Shown in pieces: positions 33,237-43,300 of a stretch of 64,000 nucleotides of DNA. The stretch comes from Histomonas meleagridis 2922-C6/04-290x. Lineage: Eukaryota; Protista; Parabasalia. The notes beneath the pieces are model-generated. The model was not told the origin of the DNA and did no database searches. It worked only from the letters and a program-made list of their open reading frames with translations. The translations under genes were made by a program, and so were the position numbers. Each line of letters starts with the position of its first letter. Position 1 is the stretch's first letter. The DNA lies in NCBI GenBank assembly GCA_020184695.1, contig JAANOX010000019.1, positions 185,472-249,471 of the forward strand. The letters are read 5' to 3'.

Positions 33237-33423
33237 AATACAACATTTTACGACATAGAATTTAAAAGATGCTTCACTCAAAAAAAAATTCGGTTTTTTA
33301 AATCTTGAATTATAAGATTCACGATAGGAAACAATTGGCCATCTTAAAACGGAAAATGGCCATAATGAAACGGAAAATGGCCATATTGAAACGGAAAATG
33401 GCCAACATGATGTGAAAATGGTA
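33237..33423 (-). repeat. TIR (187 bp) at the transposase 5' side, with three tandem 21-bp AAACGGAAAATGGCCA units
   Basis: Direct reading of 33237-33423. Confidence 0.9.
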
Positions 33424-33731
33424 TATAGAAGTATTCAATTTGTGGAAATTTTGCTAGTCGACAGAAAAAAATCATCGTCATACAGAAAATAATGTATCGT
33501 TTTTCCCAAGATTTTTCAAGAATATGTACTTATACAGATAATATTTCATTAATTATTGATTATTGATCAGGTTAAATAAGCATATCATTAAAGTATTTCG
33601 AAAACCATATTTAAGAAAAAACAACTCGAAATTTTTTTTTAATTTGACATCATTAAAGATTTTTGAAAAAACTTTTTTCACTCCCAGTTTAAATATATAT
33701 ATTTTAAATAAAAATTTACAATTTATCTCAT

Positions 33732-34892
33732 TTATGATTGGTTTCTTCTCCAAATTGGGAAAATTTTCACACCACTTGGTGCTTCGTCCTTACATTTTTT
33801 TTCTTTTGTCACACAGCTCATCTGCATACCAGTCACAAATCCTCTTTTTTCTCTTATAAATCCTATGTGGAAGAAGTGAACCAACTTCGGCTTTGTGATG
33901 TTTCTTCTGTGCGCTTCGTTTACCCATAACTCTCTTCCATTCTTAAACGCAGATCCTGCATTTGTAAAGTACACAGGATCTAGATAGCGGATTTTCAAAT
34001 GTAATGGCTCTGTTTGTTGGAAAATAGTTTGAACTTGTATTTGAAATGTATCATCATTAATCCACTCCATAGGAAGGGGCTTCAACAGGTCATAAAAGGC
34101 AGTTTGCTCATGTTTTTTAGGAGTGGAGAAAAATTTTTGAAGCCAAACTTTGAAAAATCGTAAAACAATTGGAGTTGGATGTACTTTGAAATAGCCCATG
34201 TTTGGCAAAAAAACAACAGGGGCTGACGTGTTATATTTAACAATTCGATCAGAATCAGATTGCACTTCGAAATCAGCTTCATCATTAAACGATGAAATTG
34301 GATCTTCTAGAAAAACAATATCAATATCAGTATAAATCACTTCTGCATCCCAGAGAAGAAGCTGGTGGACAAGAACAGGCCTGATTTTGAGGATTTCGGC
34401 AAAATCTTCCATATGAATGTTATTTACAGCACTTTTGGTGAAATTGGCTGGTAAGTAAATAGTTTGAGGATTGAGTTCCTTCATTTGATTATAGGCATCG
34501 ATGTCAGTTGCAACAAAAACATATCCATTTTTTGTGAAATTAGCAAGCTTCATAGAACAAAAACACCAAAGCGCAAAATCCATCATACCAACATTGAAAA
34601 CTGAAAGGGAGAGAACATGTTTTCCAGTTTTTGGATTGATGGGTGACTTTTGAAGAATCTTCCAGAGGTCTTGCTTTGTTTCTGGTGGAATTTGATACTT
34701 AGTATTGTTAAGTAAAACTTCTGGTGGTTCGGTTTCTCTGTAATATGAATTCTTTGAAATGTTGATTGAATCAATTAGTGAAAAAATGGATGATCCATGA
34801 GAGTATCCTATGACGCAAAATAGTAATGCAACTAGAAAAATTAAAAATATAAAAAAACTAGAATTATTTCTCTTTTGACCAAGACCTTCCAT
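33732..34892 (-). CDS. nucleotide-diphospho-sugar transferase (GT77-like), type II membrane protein
   Basis: TM segment FFIFLIFLVALLFCVIGY, DxD motif YTDIDIVFLEDP, NMGYF, HEQTAF, VHFFH. First ATG is at 34892. Confidence 0.75.
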   Translation of the reverse strand: MEGLGQKRNNSSFFIFLIFLVALLFCVIGYSHGSSIFSLIDSINISKNSYYRETEPPEVLLNNTKYQIPPETKQDLWKILQKSPINPKTGKHVLSLSVFNVGMMDFALWCFCSMKLANFTKNGYVFVATDIDAYNQMKELNPQTIYLPANFTKSAVNNIHMEDFAEILKIRPVLVHQLLLWDAEVIYTDIDIVFLEDPISSFNDEADFEVQSDSDRIVKYNTSAPVVFLPNMGYFKVHPTPIVLRFFKVWLQKFFSTPKKHEQTAFYDLLKPLPMEWINDDTFQIQVQTIFQQTEPLHLKIRYLDPVYFTNAGSAFKNGRELWVNEAHRRNITKPKLVHFFHIGFIREKRGFVTGMQMSCVTKEKKCKDEAPSGVKIFPIWRRNQS

Positions 34893-35178
34893 ATCTAACG
34901 GTTTTGTTAGACTCAATTTTAAAGAAATCACAGAATTATTGTAAAAATTGTGGGATTTTATTACAAAAAATATTTTTTGAACTAATTGAATAAGAGCTTG
35001 TGGCAAAATAATTTTCTGGTATTAATATTAATTGTAAAATTATTTGGAAATTAGGCTCAGATATTAATTTTTGAATCAAATAAAAAAAATATGAAGTTGA
35101 TTTCAAATTCGATAGTGATAACGATATAAGAGTTCAAAAAATTTATCTGAATAGTTCCATTACATAAAAATAGATTGT

Positions 35179-35185
35179 AAAAAAA
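35179..35185 (-). terminator. RNA polymerase III T-tract terminator of tRNA-Gly
   Basis: T7 run on the minus strand 2 nt after the tRNA 3' end. Confidence 0.7.
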
Positions 35186-35187
35186 GA

Positions 35188-35258
35188 TGCATCGCCCGGG
35201 AATCGGACCCGGACCCCCAGCTTGGCAAGCTGAAATTCTACCATTAGACCAGCTATGC
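35188..35258 (-). tRNA. trnG-GCC: tRNA-Gly (anticodon GCC)
   Basis: GCATAGC-TG-GTCTAATGGTAGAAT-T-TCAGC-TTGCCAA-GCTGG-GGGT-CCGGG-TCCGATT-CCCGG-GCGATGC-A; 71-nt cloverleaf. Confidence 0.9.
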
Positions 35259-35348
35259 TCTACATTTTTTGTTCGAAGAAGACGAATTTAATATTCATTT
35301 CTACTCGGTATCATATAACGTATAAAAATAATAGTTTTAAACAATAGG

Positions 35349-37277
35349 ATGAATTCAACTGAAAATTATACTAGAACAATATACTCACTTATCGCAGATG
35401 AAAGTTATAATGATGCTTTAAGAATGTTATCAAATGAACTTCATTCATATCCCGATTCAACTGCAATTCATTCATTAATGGCTTATTGTTATTGGCAACA
35501 AGAAGACTACCAAAAATCATGTCAAAGCTATTCCAAATTAGTTCAACTAAATCCAACAAATGACAAATATAAACTTCTTCATGCTCAATGTCTTTACAAA
35601 ACAGATCAATTTTATGAAGCTATGCGGGTTTCATTTGGTGTTCAATCACCTGAACTAAAAGAAAAAGTCACACTTCTTCAAGCAGCCATTCGTTATGCTG
35701 AAGAAGATATTCAATCATCTAAATCAATCCTTGCTGAGAGCGACCAACAAGATGAAAATGTGATGTTTGACACTGCTGTTGTCTTGTTTAAAGAAGATCG
35801 TTTAGAAGAAGCTCTTGATAAGTTCAACGAAATTAAACGTATCCATGGCTTTATACCGGAGGTAGCGTATTGCATTGCCCTTTGCCATTACCGTCTCAAC
35901 CATTTTTCTGATGCCATTAATTTTATTAATGAGATCAAATCTGAAATATCACATAAACACCCTGAACTTCTTCGGTCACTTTCAGGCGAAAACATAGACT
36001 TTGACATTGTAGGTAAATTGTCTCAATTCCAAGACCTCTTTCTTGTTGAAACTTTTAATCTTTTAATGGCAATTGAATATGATCAAAAACATTATATTGA
36101 AGCCAAAGATGCGCTAAACGAATTACCAAATCGAAGCGATGATGAGTTAGATCTTGTAACCCTTCATAATACAGCTCTTATATCAATGGAAGAAGATCCC
36201 ACTTCATCATTTTCTAAACTCAACTTTTTGTTAACACAAGAACCACCATTACCTGAAACATTTCGAAACTTATTACTTGGGTATTGTAAATTTGAATATT
36301 ATTCATATGCAGCAGATTTATTAGCAGAGAACTCCGAACTTGCATTAAAAACTATGGGGCAACCAATGTTAGATTTTTTAGATGCATTTTTATTAAGTAC
36401 ATCGTCCAAAGAAGAAGCGTACCGAAAATTTGATGAATTGTGTAAAACAAAAAGTGACATACTAAGAAAACTTTATACAAAAATTGACGAAGCACACAAA
36501 ACACAAGATATTGAACAACAATCACAACTTTCACTTGAATTTGAAGCAGTTGTCGAAGAACTAATACCAATTTTAATGTCTCAAGCTAAAATATTTTGGG
36601 ATTTAGGTAATTATCAACTTGTTGAACTTTTATTATTAAAATATCAAGATTATTGTCATGATAATCGAATTTGGAAATTAAATCTTGCACATGCATACTT
36701 CATGCAAAACAAAATGGAACAAGCCATAAAATATTATGAAGAATTAATTTTTAGTGAATCAAGTTTGTTTGATATTGAAGCAATTTTAATAGCAAATCTT
36801 TGTGTTGCTTATGTTATAACTAATCAAAATACATCTGCTGAAATGTTAATTAATAGATTAAATGATGAAGAAAATATAAAAACAAAAGAAAACCAAAATT
36901 TAAAACTTTATCATTTACCAATACTTCATCTTGTAATTGGTACTTTATATTGTGCTCATAAAAATTATGAATTTGGTATTGATTATGTTTTTAAGGCTTT
37001 TAATCCAATGCATAAAAAATTAAATCCAGATACATGGTTCTATGCTAAAAAATGTTTAAATGAATTGCTTAGAGTAATGGCTAATAGAACTTATATTATG
37101 AAAGACAAAACATTTGATAAAGTTTTGGAATTTTTGGATGAGGTGGATAAATATGGTAAAAAAATGGATTCAATTATTGATATGACTTTAATAGCGGAAG
37201 AGGCTCATGAAAATCAAACTATTAGCTTCGAAGCAAGAGCTATTAAGGCAATGTTGTTAAGATTTTATAGTTTTTGA
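35349..37277 (+). CDS. IFT70: intraflagellar transport protein IFT70 (TTC30/Fleer/DYF-1)
   Basis: 642-aa TPR protein with family motifs YTRTIYSLI..Y..A, DLVTLHNTAL, PETFRNLLLGYCKFEYY, WKLNLAHAYFMQ, ILHLVIGTLYC, DTWFYAKKC. Confidence 0.9.
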   Translation: MNSTENYTRTIYSLIADESYNDALRMLSNELHSYPDSTAIHSLMAYCYWQQEDYQKSCQSYSKLVQLNPTNDKYKLLHAQCLYKTDQFYEAMRVSFGVQSPELKEKVTLLQAAIRYAEEDIQSSKSILAESDQQDENVMFDTAVVLFKEDRLEEALDKFNEIKRIHGFIPEVAYCIALCHYRLNHFSDAINFINEIKSEISHKHPELLRSLSGENIDFDIVGKLSQFQDLFLVETFNLLMAIEYDQKHYIEAKDALNELPNRSDDELDLVTLHNTALISMEEDPTSSFSKLNFLLTQEPPLPETFRNLLLGYCKFEYYSYAADLLAENSELALKTMGQPMLDFLDAFLLSTSSKEEAYRKFDELCKTKSDILRKLYTKIDEAHKTQDIEQQSQLSLEFEAVVEELIPILMSQAKIFWDLGNYQLVELLLLKYQDYCHDNRIWKLNLAHAYFMQNKMEQAIKYYEELIFSESSLFDIEAILIANLCVAYVITNQNTSAEMLINRLNDEENIKTKENQNLKLYHLPILHLVIGTLYCAHKNYEFGIDYVFKAFNPMHKKLNPDTWFYAKKCLNELLRVMANRTYIMKDKTFDKVLEFLDEVDKYGKKMDSIIDMTLIAEEAHENQTISFEARAIKAMLLRFYSF

Positions 37278-37419
37278 ATAAAGTTATATATAATTTTTTT
37301 GTCCTATGTAATATGAGATGAAAATATGGATGTTTTGAAGTATAAACTTGTTTTAATCTAAATATATAAAAATAAGGGTTATTAGTGAGGACCATTAAAA
37401 GATGAAAAATCAAACAAAA

Positions 37420-37945
37420 AATGAATGGGAATTAATTATATCAGATGAAAAAATAATTTATGATTAAAATGGAAAAAATATTTCACAACCAGCAAAACCA
37501 ATTATTAGCAAATTTGAATATATTAATAATATATCTTTTAATACAGTTGTTAGTCAGCTTTTATACAACTTATTTGTTAAAGAAATCCAAGATTCACAAA
37601 TTATTATCAATGAAATAATACTGGAAAGTAATAAAATGAAGTCAATTTTTTCTATATTCACATATTTTCTGCTCAAACAAGAAACACAAGAGTCATATTA
37701 TCTTCTTGAAACGCTTATAGAAAATAAAATGTTGGAACCAAAAATCGTTCAAAATTATTGTCGTTTTCCATATTTTGTACATTATATGTCTGAAAAGAAA
37801 TTATAAACTGATGGTTATTTTTTTGTACGACAAACCAAAGAAAACATTAAATAGCTTTCAAAGAATGATTGAACTTCACAAACAATTGTTCAAATGGTTA
37901 CACAGAAATAATGAAGTTGCTTCTTAAATATGAAGGGATTTAACC
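37420..37945 (+). pseudogene. DUF3447-family N-terminal remnant fused to an ankyrin fragment
   Basis: ESYYLLETLIENKMLEPKIV...YFVHYMSEKKL* parallels the 24494 protein (ESYYLLEAMIEHNFLEPSIV..YFVHYMPEDKL). Followed by SNGYTEIMKLLLKYEGI*. Confidence 0.65.
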
Positions 37946-38290
37946 CGGAAGGTGTAAGTCACTTATAATGAAATTAAAGACCTGATAATGACAGGAAAAA
38001 AGCGCAAATAAAATTCTAGATAAATAGACATGTGTTAGTATTTTAAATAAATTTTGATTTTATTCACAAAAGAAAGTTTTTCTCTGACTTGTATATGTCA
38101 TATACAAAACATCCTTGGATCAATCATCCTCTCAAAATGCATTTTGAGATGTTAAAAAATCAATAATGTTAGAAATTTATAAGCATATTCACTTATATAA
38201 GAGAAACATGAACAGCTTACAAATTGCCACCTGCTCAAGTATTTGAAGTATAGGTTGTTACTTCATGAAATGTATTCTTTTTTGCTATTT

Positions 38291-38656
38291 CTAGAAATTA
38301 AGTGATTCCATACAAAAATCTAGGTTAACATCAAAGTCAATGTTCGTGCCAAGATCCTCAAAGCTTATCGTAGGTTCCTCTTTTATAAGTGGAGTCATGT
38401 TTTCAAGGTTTGATAATTCTTCTTCATATGAAATTTTCTTTAAATTTGGAGGGATGAATAATCTTTCAGGAACTGGGTATTGCATCTCACTATTTTTTTG
38501 GAACTTATTTGTATCTTTTGGTATAATGTCAAAAGAACGGATTGGACAAATATGCCTTCCTTTTTCATCGAGTTTAAATTCATGAACTAACATCCCTTCT
38601 TTGTTGTATAACTTTATAGAACGTATAGCATTTCTAGTTTGAGAAAATCTTCCCAT
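38291..38656 (-). CDS. small hypothetical protein (lineage-specific)
   Basis: MGRFSQTRNAIRSIKLYNKEGMLVHEFKLDEKG...; TCACT/TCACA Inr-like motifs directly upstream of ATG 38656. Confidence 0.55.
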   Translation of the reverse strand: MGRFSQTRNAIRSIKLYNKEGMLVHEFKLDEKGRHICPIRSFDIIPKDTNKFQKNSEMQYPVPERLFIPPNLKKISYEEELSNLENMTPLIKEEPTISFEDLGTNIDFDVNLDFCMESLNF

Positions 38657-38805
38657 AATGTGAAGTGATATGATTAGATTTAGTTTCTTATCAAAATTGA
38701 TACAACAAAAAAATAGCCGTTGGATCATCGCTACGACGGCACTTTTGTCGTTCGTAAATAATGAGGTGAACTATTTTCGAACAGAGTTATTCAATACCTA
38801 AAAAA

Positions 38806-39795
38806 ATGAAAAGCAGAAAATCTATTGATGTTATTGGCGAAAAATTCAAAAAGATGATGAATGTTAAGATAAAAATAACTGGTTTTAGCTCTGATGAAAG
38901 TGATAATGAAAAATCTGATTCTCCAGAATCATCTGAAACTCCAACTTTTACTAAGGCTGATACATCATTACCACTATCACAACAAGCAAAAGAAAATTTA
39001 ATCAACTTTAAAAAATATCTTGAGAAAAATCCTCCTGATCCTTCTTCTGATTATGATCATGTTTACCAAACAATGTCACATGCTTTTAGTGATTGGACAA
39101 ATAATGTTACGACTCTTCAATCAGAAATTTCCGAATTGTCTGTGAAAAGAAATGAATATGAAGAAAAGATCAATGAAAAAGAAAAAGAAAAGAGTCAACT
39201 TGAAAAACAACTTTCAGAATTATCCATCGAAAAGAAAAAGAAAACGCGTGAATTAGAAGAAAAGAAATCAGACATTTTGAAATTAGAAGATCAAAAGAAT
39301 CAGAATTTCAAATTAAAAACACAAATTGAAAATCTTACAACCCAGTTTAACGAGCTACTAGAAAAACTTCAGGCACGAAAAGATGTGTATGAGAAAGAAA
39401 AAGAAAAAACAACACAGATTCAAAATCATTGTGATGATGTTGAAAAGAAAGTTCATGAAAAAGAAGACAGTGTTCAATCAGATATCGAGAAGGATGATGC
39501 TGAGCTTAAAGAATTGATGAATCAAGCAAAGAAAACAGAAATAATTCCAGAAATTGAAACAAAGCAAACAAATAAAAAGCAGCCTACAGGTCCTCAAGAA
39601 GTTGAAACATATGTAATTAACGACAACGTTAAAGTTAGTCAAGAAGAGATTAATGGATTAAAATACATGATTTCTGAAATTCAAAGAGAAAATGAGGAAA
39701 TTACAATAGAGAGAGATTCCAAGATGATGGACGTTGATTGTATTCTCCAGGAAAATCTTGGATTAAAGCAAATTATCAGGGAAATGACGGAATAA
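38806..39795 (+). CDS. hypothetical coiled-coil protein
   Basis: 329-aa E/K-rich heptad ORF. Confidence 0.65.
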   Translation: MKSRKSIDVIGEKFKKMMNVKIKITGFSSDESDNEKSDSPESSETPTFTKADTSLPLSQQAKENLINFKKYLEKNPPDPSSDYDHVYQTMSHAFSDWTNNVTTLQSEISELSVKRNEYEEKINEKEKEKSQLEKQLSELSIEKKKKTRELEEKKSDILKLEDQKNQNFKLKTQIENLTTQFNELLEKLQARKDVYEKEKEKTTQIQNHCDDVEKKVHEKEDSVQSDIEKDDAELKELMNQAKKTEIIPEIETKQTNKKQPTGPQEVETYVINDNVKVSQEEINGLKYMISEIQRENEEITIERDSKMMDVDCILQENLGLKQIIREMTE

Positions 39796-39872
39796 ATTTT
39801 TTTCTTTCTATGAATTGATAACTTTTTTATGCTCTTTTAAATTGAAAGGAAATACATTATGCCACAGAAAAA

Positions 39873-40154
39873 ATGAGTGATTATTTTGGTGATGAGCTCC
39901 CTGTTTATCAGATATCAGTGGAACTTCCTTATTTCCCTTGTCCTAAACAACCAAAAGGAAAACCTGGAAGATGGAAAAATCATACTCCAGTAAAAAAAGA
40001 AAAAAATGTAATCATCCCACAAAATACGCCAAAACCAAAACAAGACCCTGAATTTGAAAGAGCATATAATGATTGGAAAAATTATCAAACTTTAATTGAA
40101 GAAATTCAATATAATCAATTAAAATCTCAATCACATTATTATCAAACTCAATAA
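39873..40154 (+). CDS. small hypothetical protein
   Basis: 93-aa ATG ORF with protein-like composition. Confidence 0.45.
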   Translation: MSDYFGDELPVYQISVELPYFPCPKQPKGKPGRWKNHTPVKKEKNVIIPQNTPKPKQDPEFERAYNDWKNYQTLIEEIQYNQLKSQSHYYQTQ

Positions 40155-40351
40155 AAATAAATATTTTTTTTCTTTAACAATTTAATTTATTATTCTAAAC
40201 ATTTGATATTATTTTAAATTGTTTTATGCACATTTTTTACGGAATGAAAATCATTTGATTAAAACGGTTTATCAGACCAAAAGTGTAAAATTAACGTCTT
40301 TCTGCAAAAGGAATTGGTCAGACTAAAATCTTATCAAAATCTCAAAGATTA

Positions 40352-43300
40352 ATGTGTCTCTGCAACAAGATTCGTGCAGAAAACATTAGAAATCTTCTTC
40401 CCCAATTTATTCAAAATGAAATACCAAAAGAAGAAAATAAATGGAAAGAAGCAATATTTACAAATTTACCAAAAGTGATTGAAAAAGGAGATCAACGTGA
40501 AATTGATTTTTGGTTATCAGAAATTGATGTCTTTAACTCTCTTGAAACATTTTCATATGAAATTCAAGAATTAGAAAAGTTATTTCAAATTTTATATAAT
40601 TTCACAGTTACAACAAAAGATATGAATCTTGCTGTTTCTTCAATGACTCTACTAATATCAATGATTGAACCTGAACAAGTTAAATTAAATGTCGTTGTTG
40701 ATTGGAGACCATTATATAATCTTTTATATGCATCTTCCTTATCAGGTTCAAAAACAAAAATCAAGAATTACCCAGAATCCTTACCAGAAACTTTAATAAC
40801 ATTTATTCGTTTATGTCGAAATTATTTTTCTGAAACATCAACAGATGAAATGTTAGCTGAATGGTCACATATGTTAGATCCACATCTTCCTTCCTTTGTT
40901 ATTGCTCAATGTCTATTTTCTTTATTTCTACCAGTTCAATGCGGACAACATTCAAAATGGGTAGAAACGATGTTAAGTCTTTGGACACTTTATCATTCTG
41001 AGCAATATGACTTTCAATTTTTTACATTATTTGCACGACTTTCACGTTTTGGTTATGATGATATTCCATGGGATCGAATTCTTCCGTTTATATTTAATAT
41101 AGTTTGTAAATATTTAGGACTTCCAACAACACTTTTACAGCCACAATTGCAGCCAATTAACAGTTATCCATATGAAAAGTATAATTTATTTTTTAAAGAT
41201 TGTGAATCAACATCATCAATTTTAAGATATTTTTCAATGATCATTATAAATTTACTTTCGGGTAAAACAAAAGAATTAGTTCAATCATATATTGAACGAC
41301 TTTTACATTTAATTTCACCATTTTGTGCATCGACATTACAAAATGAAGATGAAGAACAAAGTGAATTACCAATAAATATGTTAAATTCAATTGTATCTTC
41401 ATATGTAATAAGATATTTAAAAGAAAAAAAATATGGATCAAGACTTGAGCATTTAACACAAGAAGATAATGAATGGTTAGTATCGAAAATATTACCATCA
41501 GTTTTAATAGAACTATTTCATGAAGAACCACAATTTGATAGTCTTAAAGAGATTGTACAATTTTGTCCACAAATGACAATTTTACCGATCTTAGATTATG
41601 TGCAAAATATATTCGAATATATTCATTTAAGACAAGGTGCGTATCAAACTTTATCATCAATTGCACCAATTGTTATTTATACAAACGAAGGATTAATTGA
41701 ATTTATGTCACTTATTGAACATTATTTGCCTGAAGATATTAATTTTATGGATATATCAAAGACTTCAATCGTATTTTCATTATTAATAATTATATCGACT
41801 TTAATGAAATTCACTGAAGAAAATGAAATTTTTTTATTGGATATTACTGAAAAATGTTTATTGTTTGCTGAACATGCTATAGGCAAAGATTTCGATGATA
41901 GTTTAAATGAACTTTTAACAATGTTTTCTGTTTTAATAAAAGCTACACCACCAGAAATTGCAAATAAAATGGCACATATGATTAGAAAGAATTATGAAAC
42001 TTTATCATTAAAAGGATTACGAACATTAATAGAAGCAATCGAAAAATATGCTATTCCAGAATTTAAAGATATTGCATTAAAAGCTTCAAATTTAAAAGAG
42101 TTATTAATATTAGAATCAATTATAAAGCAAAATTTGGATTTTACTATTGAAAATATTGAAGAAATTAAACAAAAATTAATCTTAGCGTTAGAAAATAAAG
42201 ATAAAAAAATATATAAAAGAGCAATTTTAATTATAAAATGGATTTTACGGAATTTCCTTTGTATATATCCAAAACTTCCAACAGTTCAAGGATATATATC
42301 ATTAGATAAATCAAAAATACAATGGCATGTACCATCAGAATTAGAAATGAACATTTGTGATGAATTAGTTACATTCTTTTTTGATTATTCAAAGAAAAAA
42401 ATGGAATCAAAACAATTAATAGATTATAAAGTCTCAACATTATTAATGAGAGGCTTATTAAAAGGAATTGTTTCATGTGTATCTGAAATAGATTTAACAC
42501 CAGAATATGAAAATCAAAATATGATTCAACCAACATTAACGAAATTTAAAAATTCCATATTTGCTAAACATTATGAAGATATTATTAATATATTAATTGA
42601 ATTAATCGAAATAAAAGATGCTCATTATCGATTAATTAAATGGGCACTTGAAGGTATTACTTGTGCAATAGTACCACATGATTCTATTTGTCAAAACATG
42701 TTAATTATAAATGAATATCAAGGTCAATCATCATTAACTAAACTTGATATTATATTAGATCCAAATGATTCTAAAACTTGTTTTGTATTATATTGTAAAG
42801 CAATAAATTTATTTGGTATTCGACAATCATCATCACAAGTCATATTAACGAAAATAACAAAAAATATAATTCCAAGAATATTTAATTTTAGTACACATCC
42901 ACATGTTAATGTTAGAGAATATTGTTCAATAATTTATCAAGCCATTACAACTCATTTTAAAACACAATTTATATATTTATTAAAGAACTCAATAAAAAGA
43001 TTATCTGAACCTGATTTAACATTAGATGAATTAATGGGAATTTGTTCTGCTGCTAAATCATTACCTAATTTTCCATTAAATATAGAAACAATTGAAATTT
43101 TAGCAGAAGCTTCAATAGCTATATGTTCATTATTACCGAAAGATTTACCAGATGATTCACCACGCTCATTAAGACAAACAATAGTATTAATGTATGATCA
43201 AATTGATCCATGTAATCTTTATATATCAAAAGAAAAGTTTTATGAGATTAGAATGAAAATGGCTAATGAAGCAATGAATAAATATGCACAATATCCAGCA

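Larger units (their letters stand above)
31921..33423 (-). mobile_element. IS630/Tc1-type DD34E DNA transposon, 1503 bp, TA target-site duplication
   Basis: Termini TACCATTTTCACATCATGTTGGCC and its reverse complement, flanked by TA at 31919-31920 and 33424-33425. Encodes a broken transposase. Confidence 0.9.
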
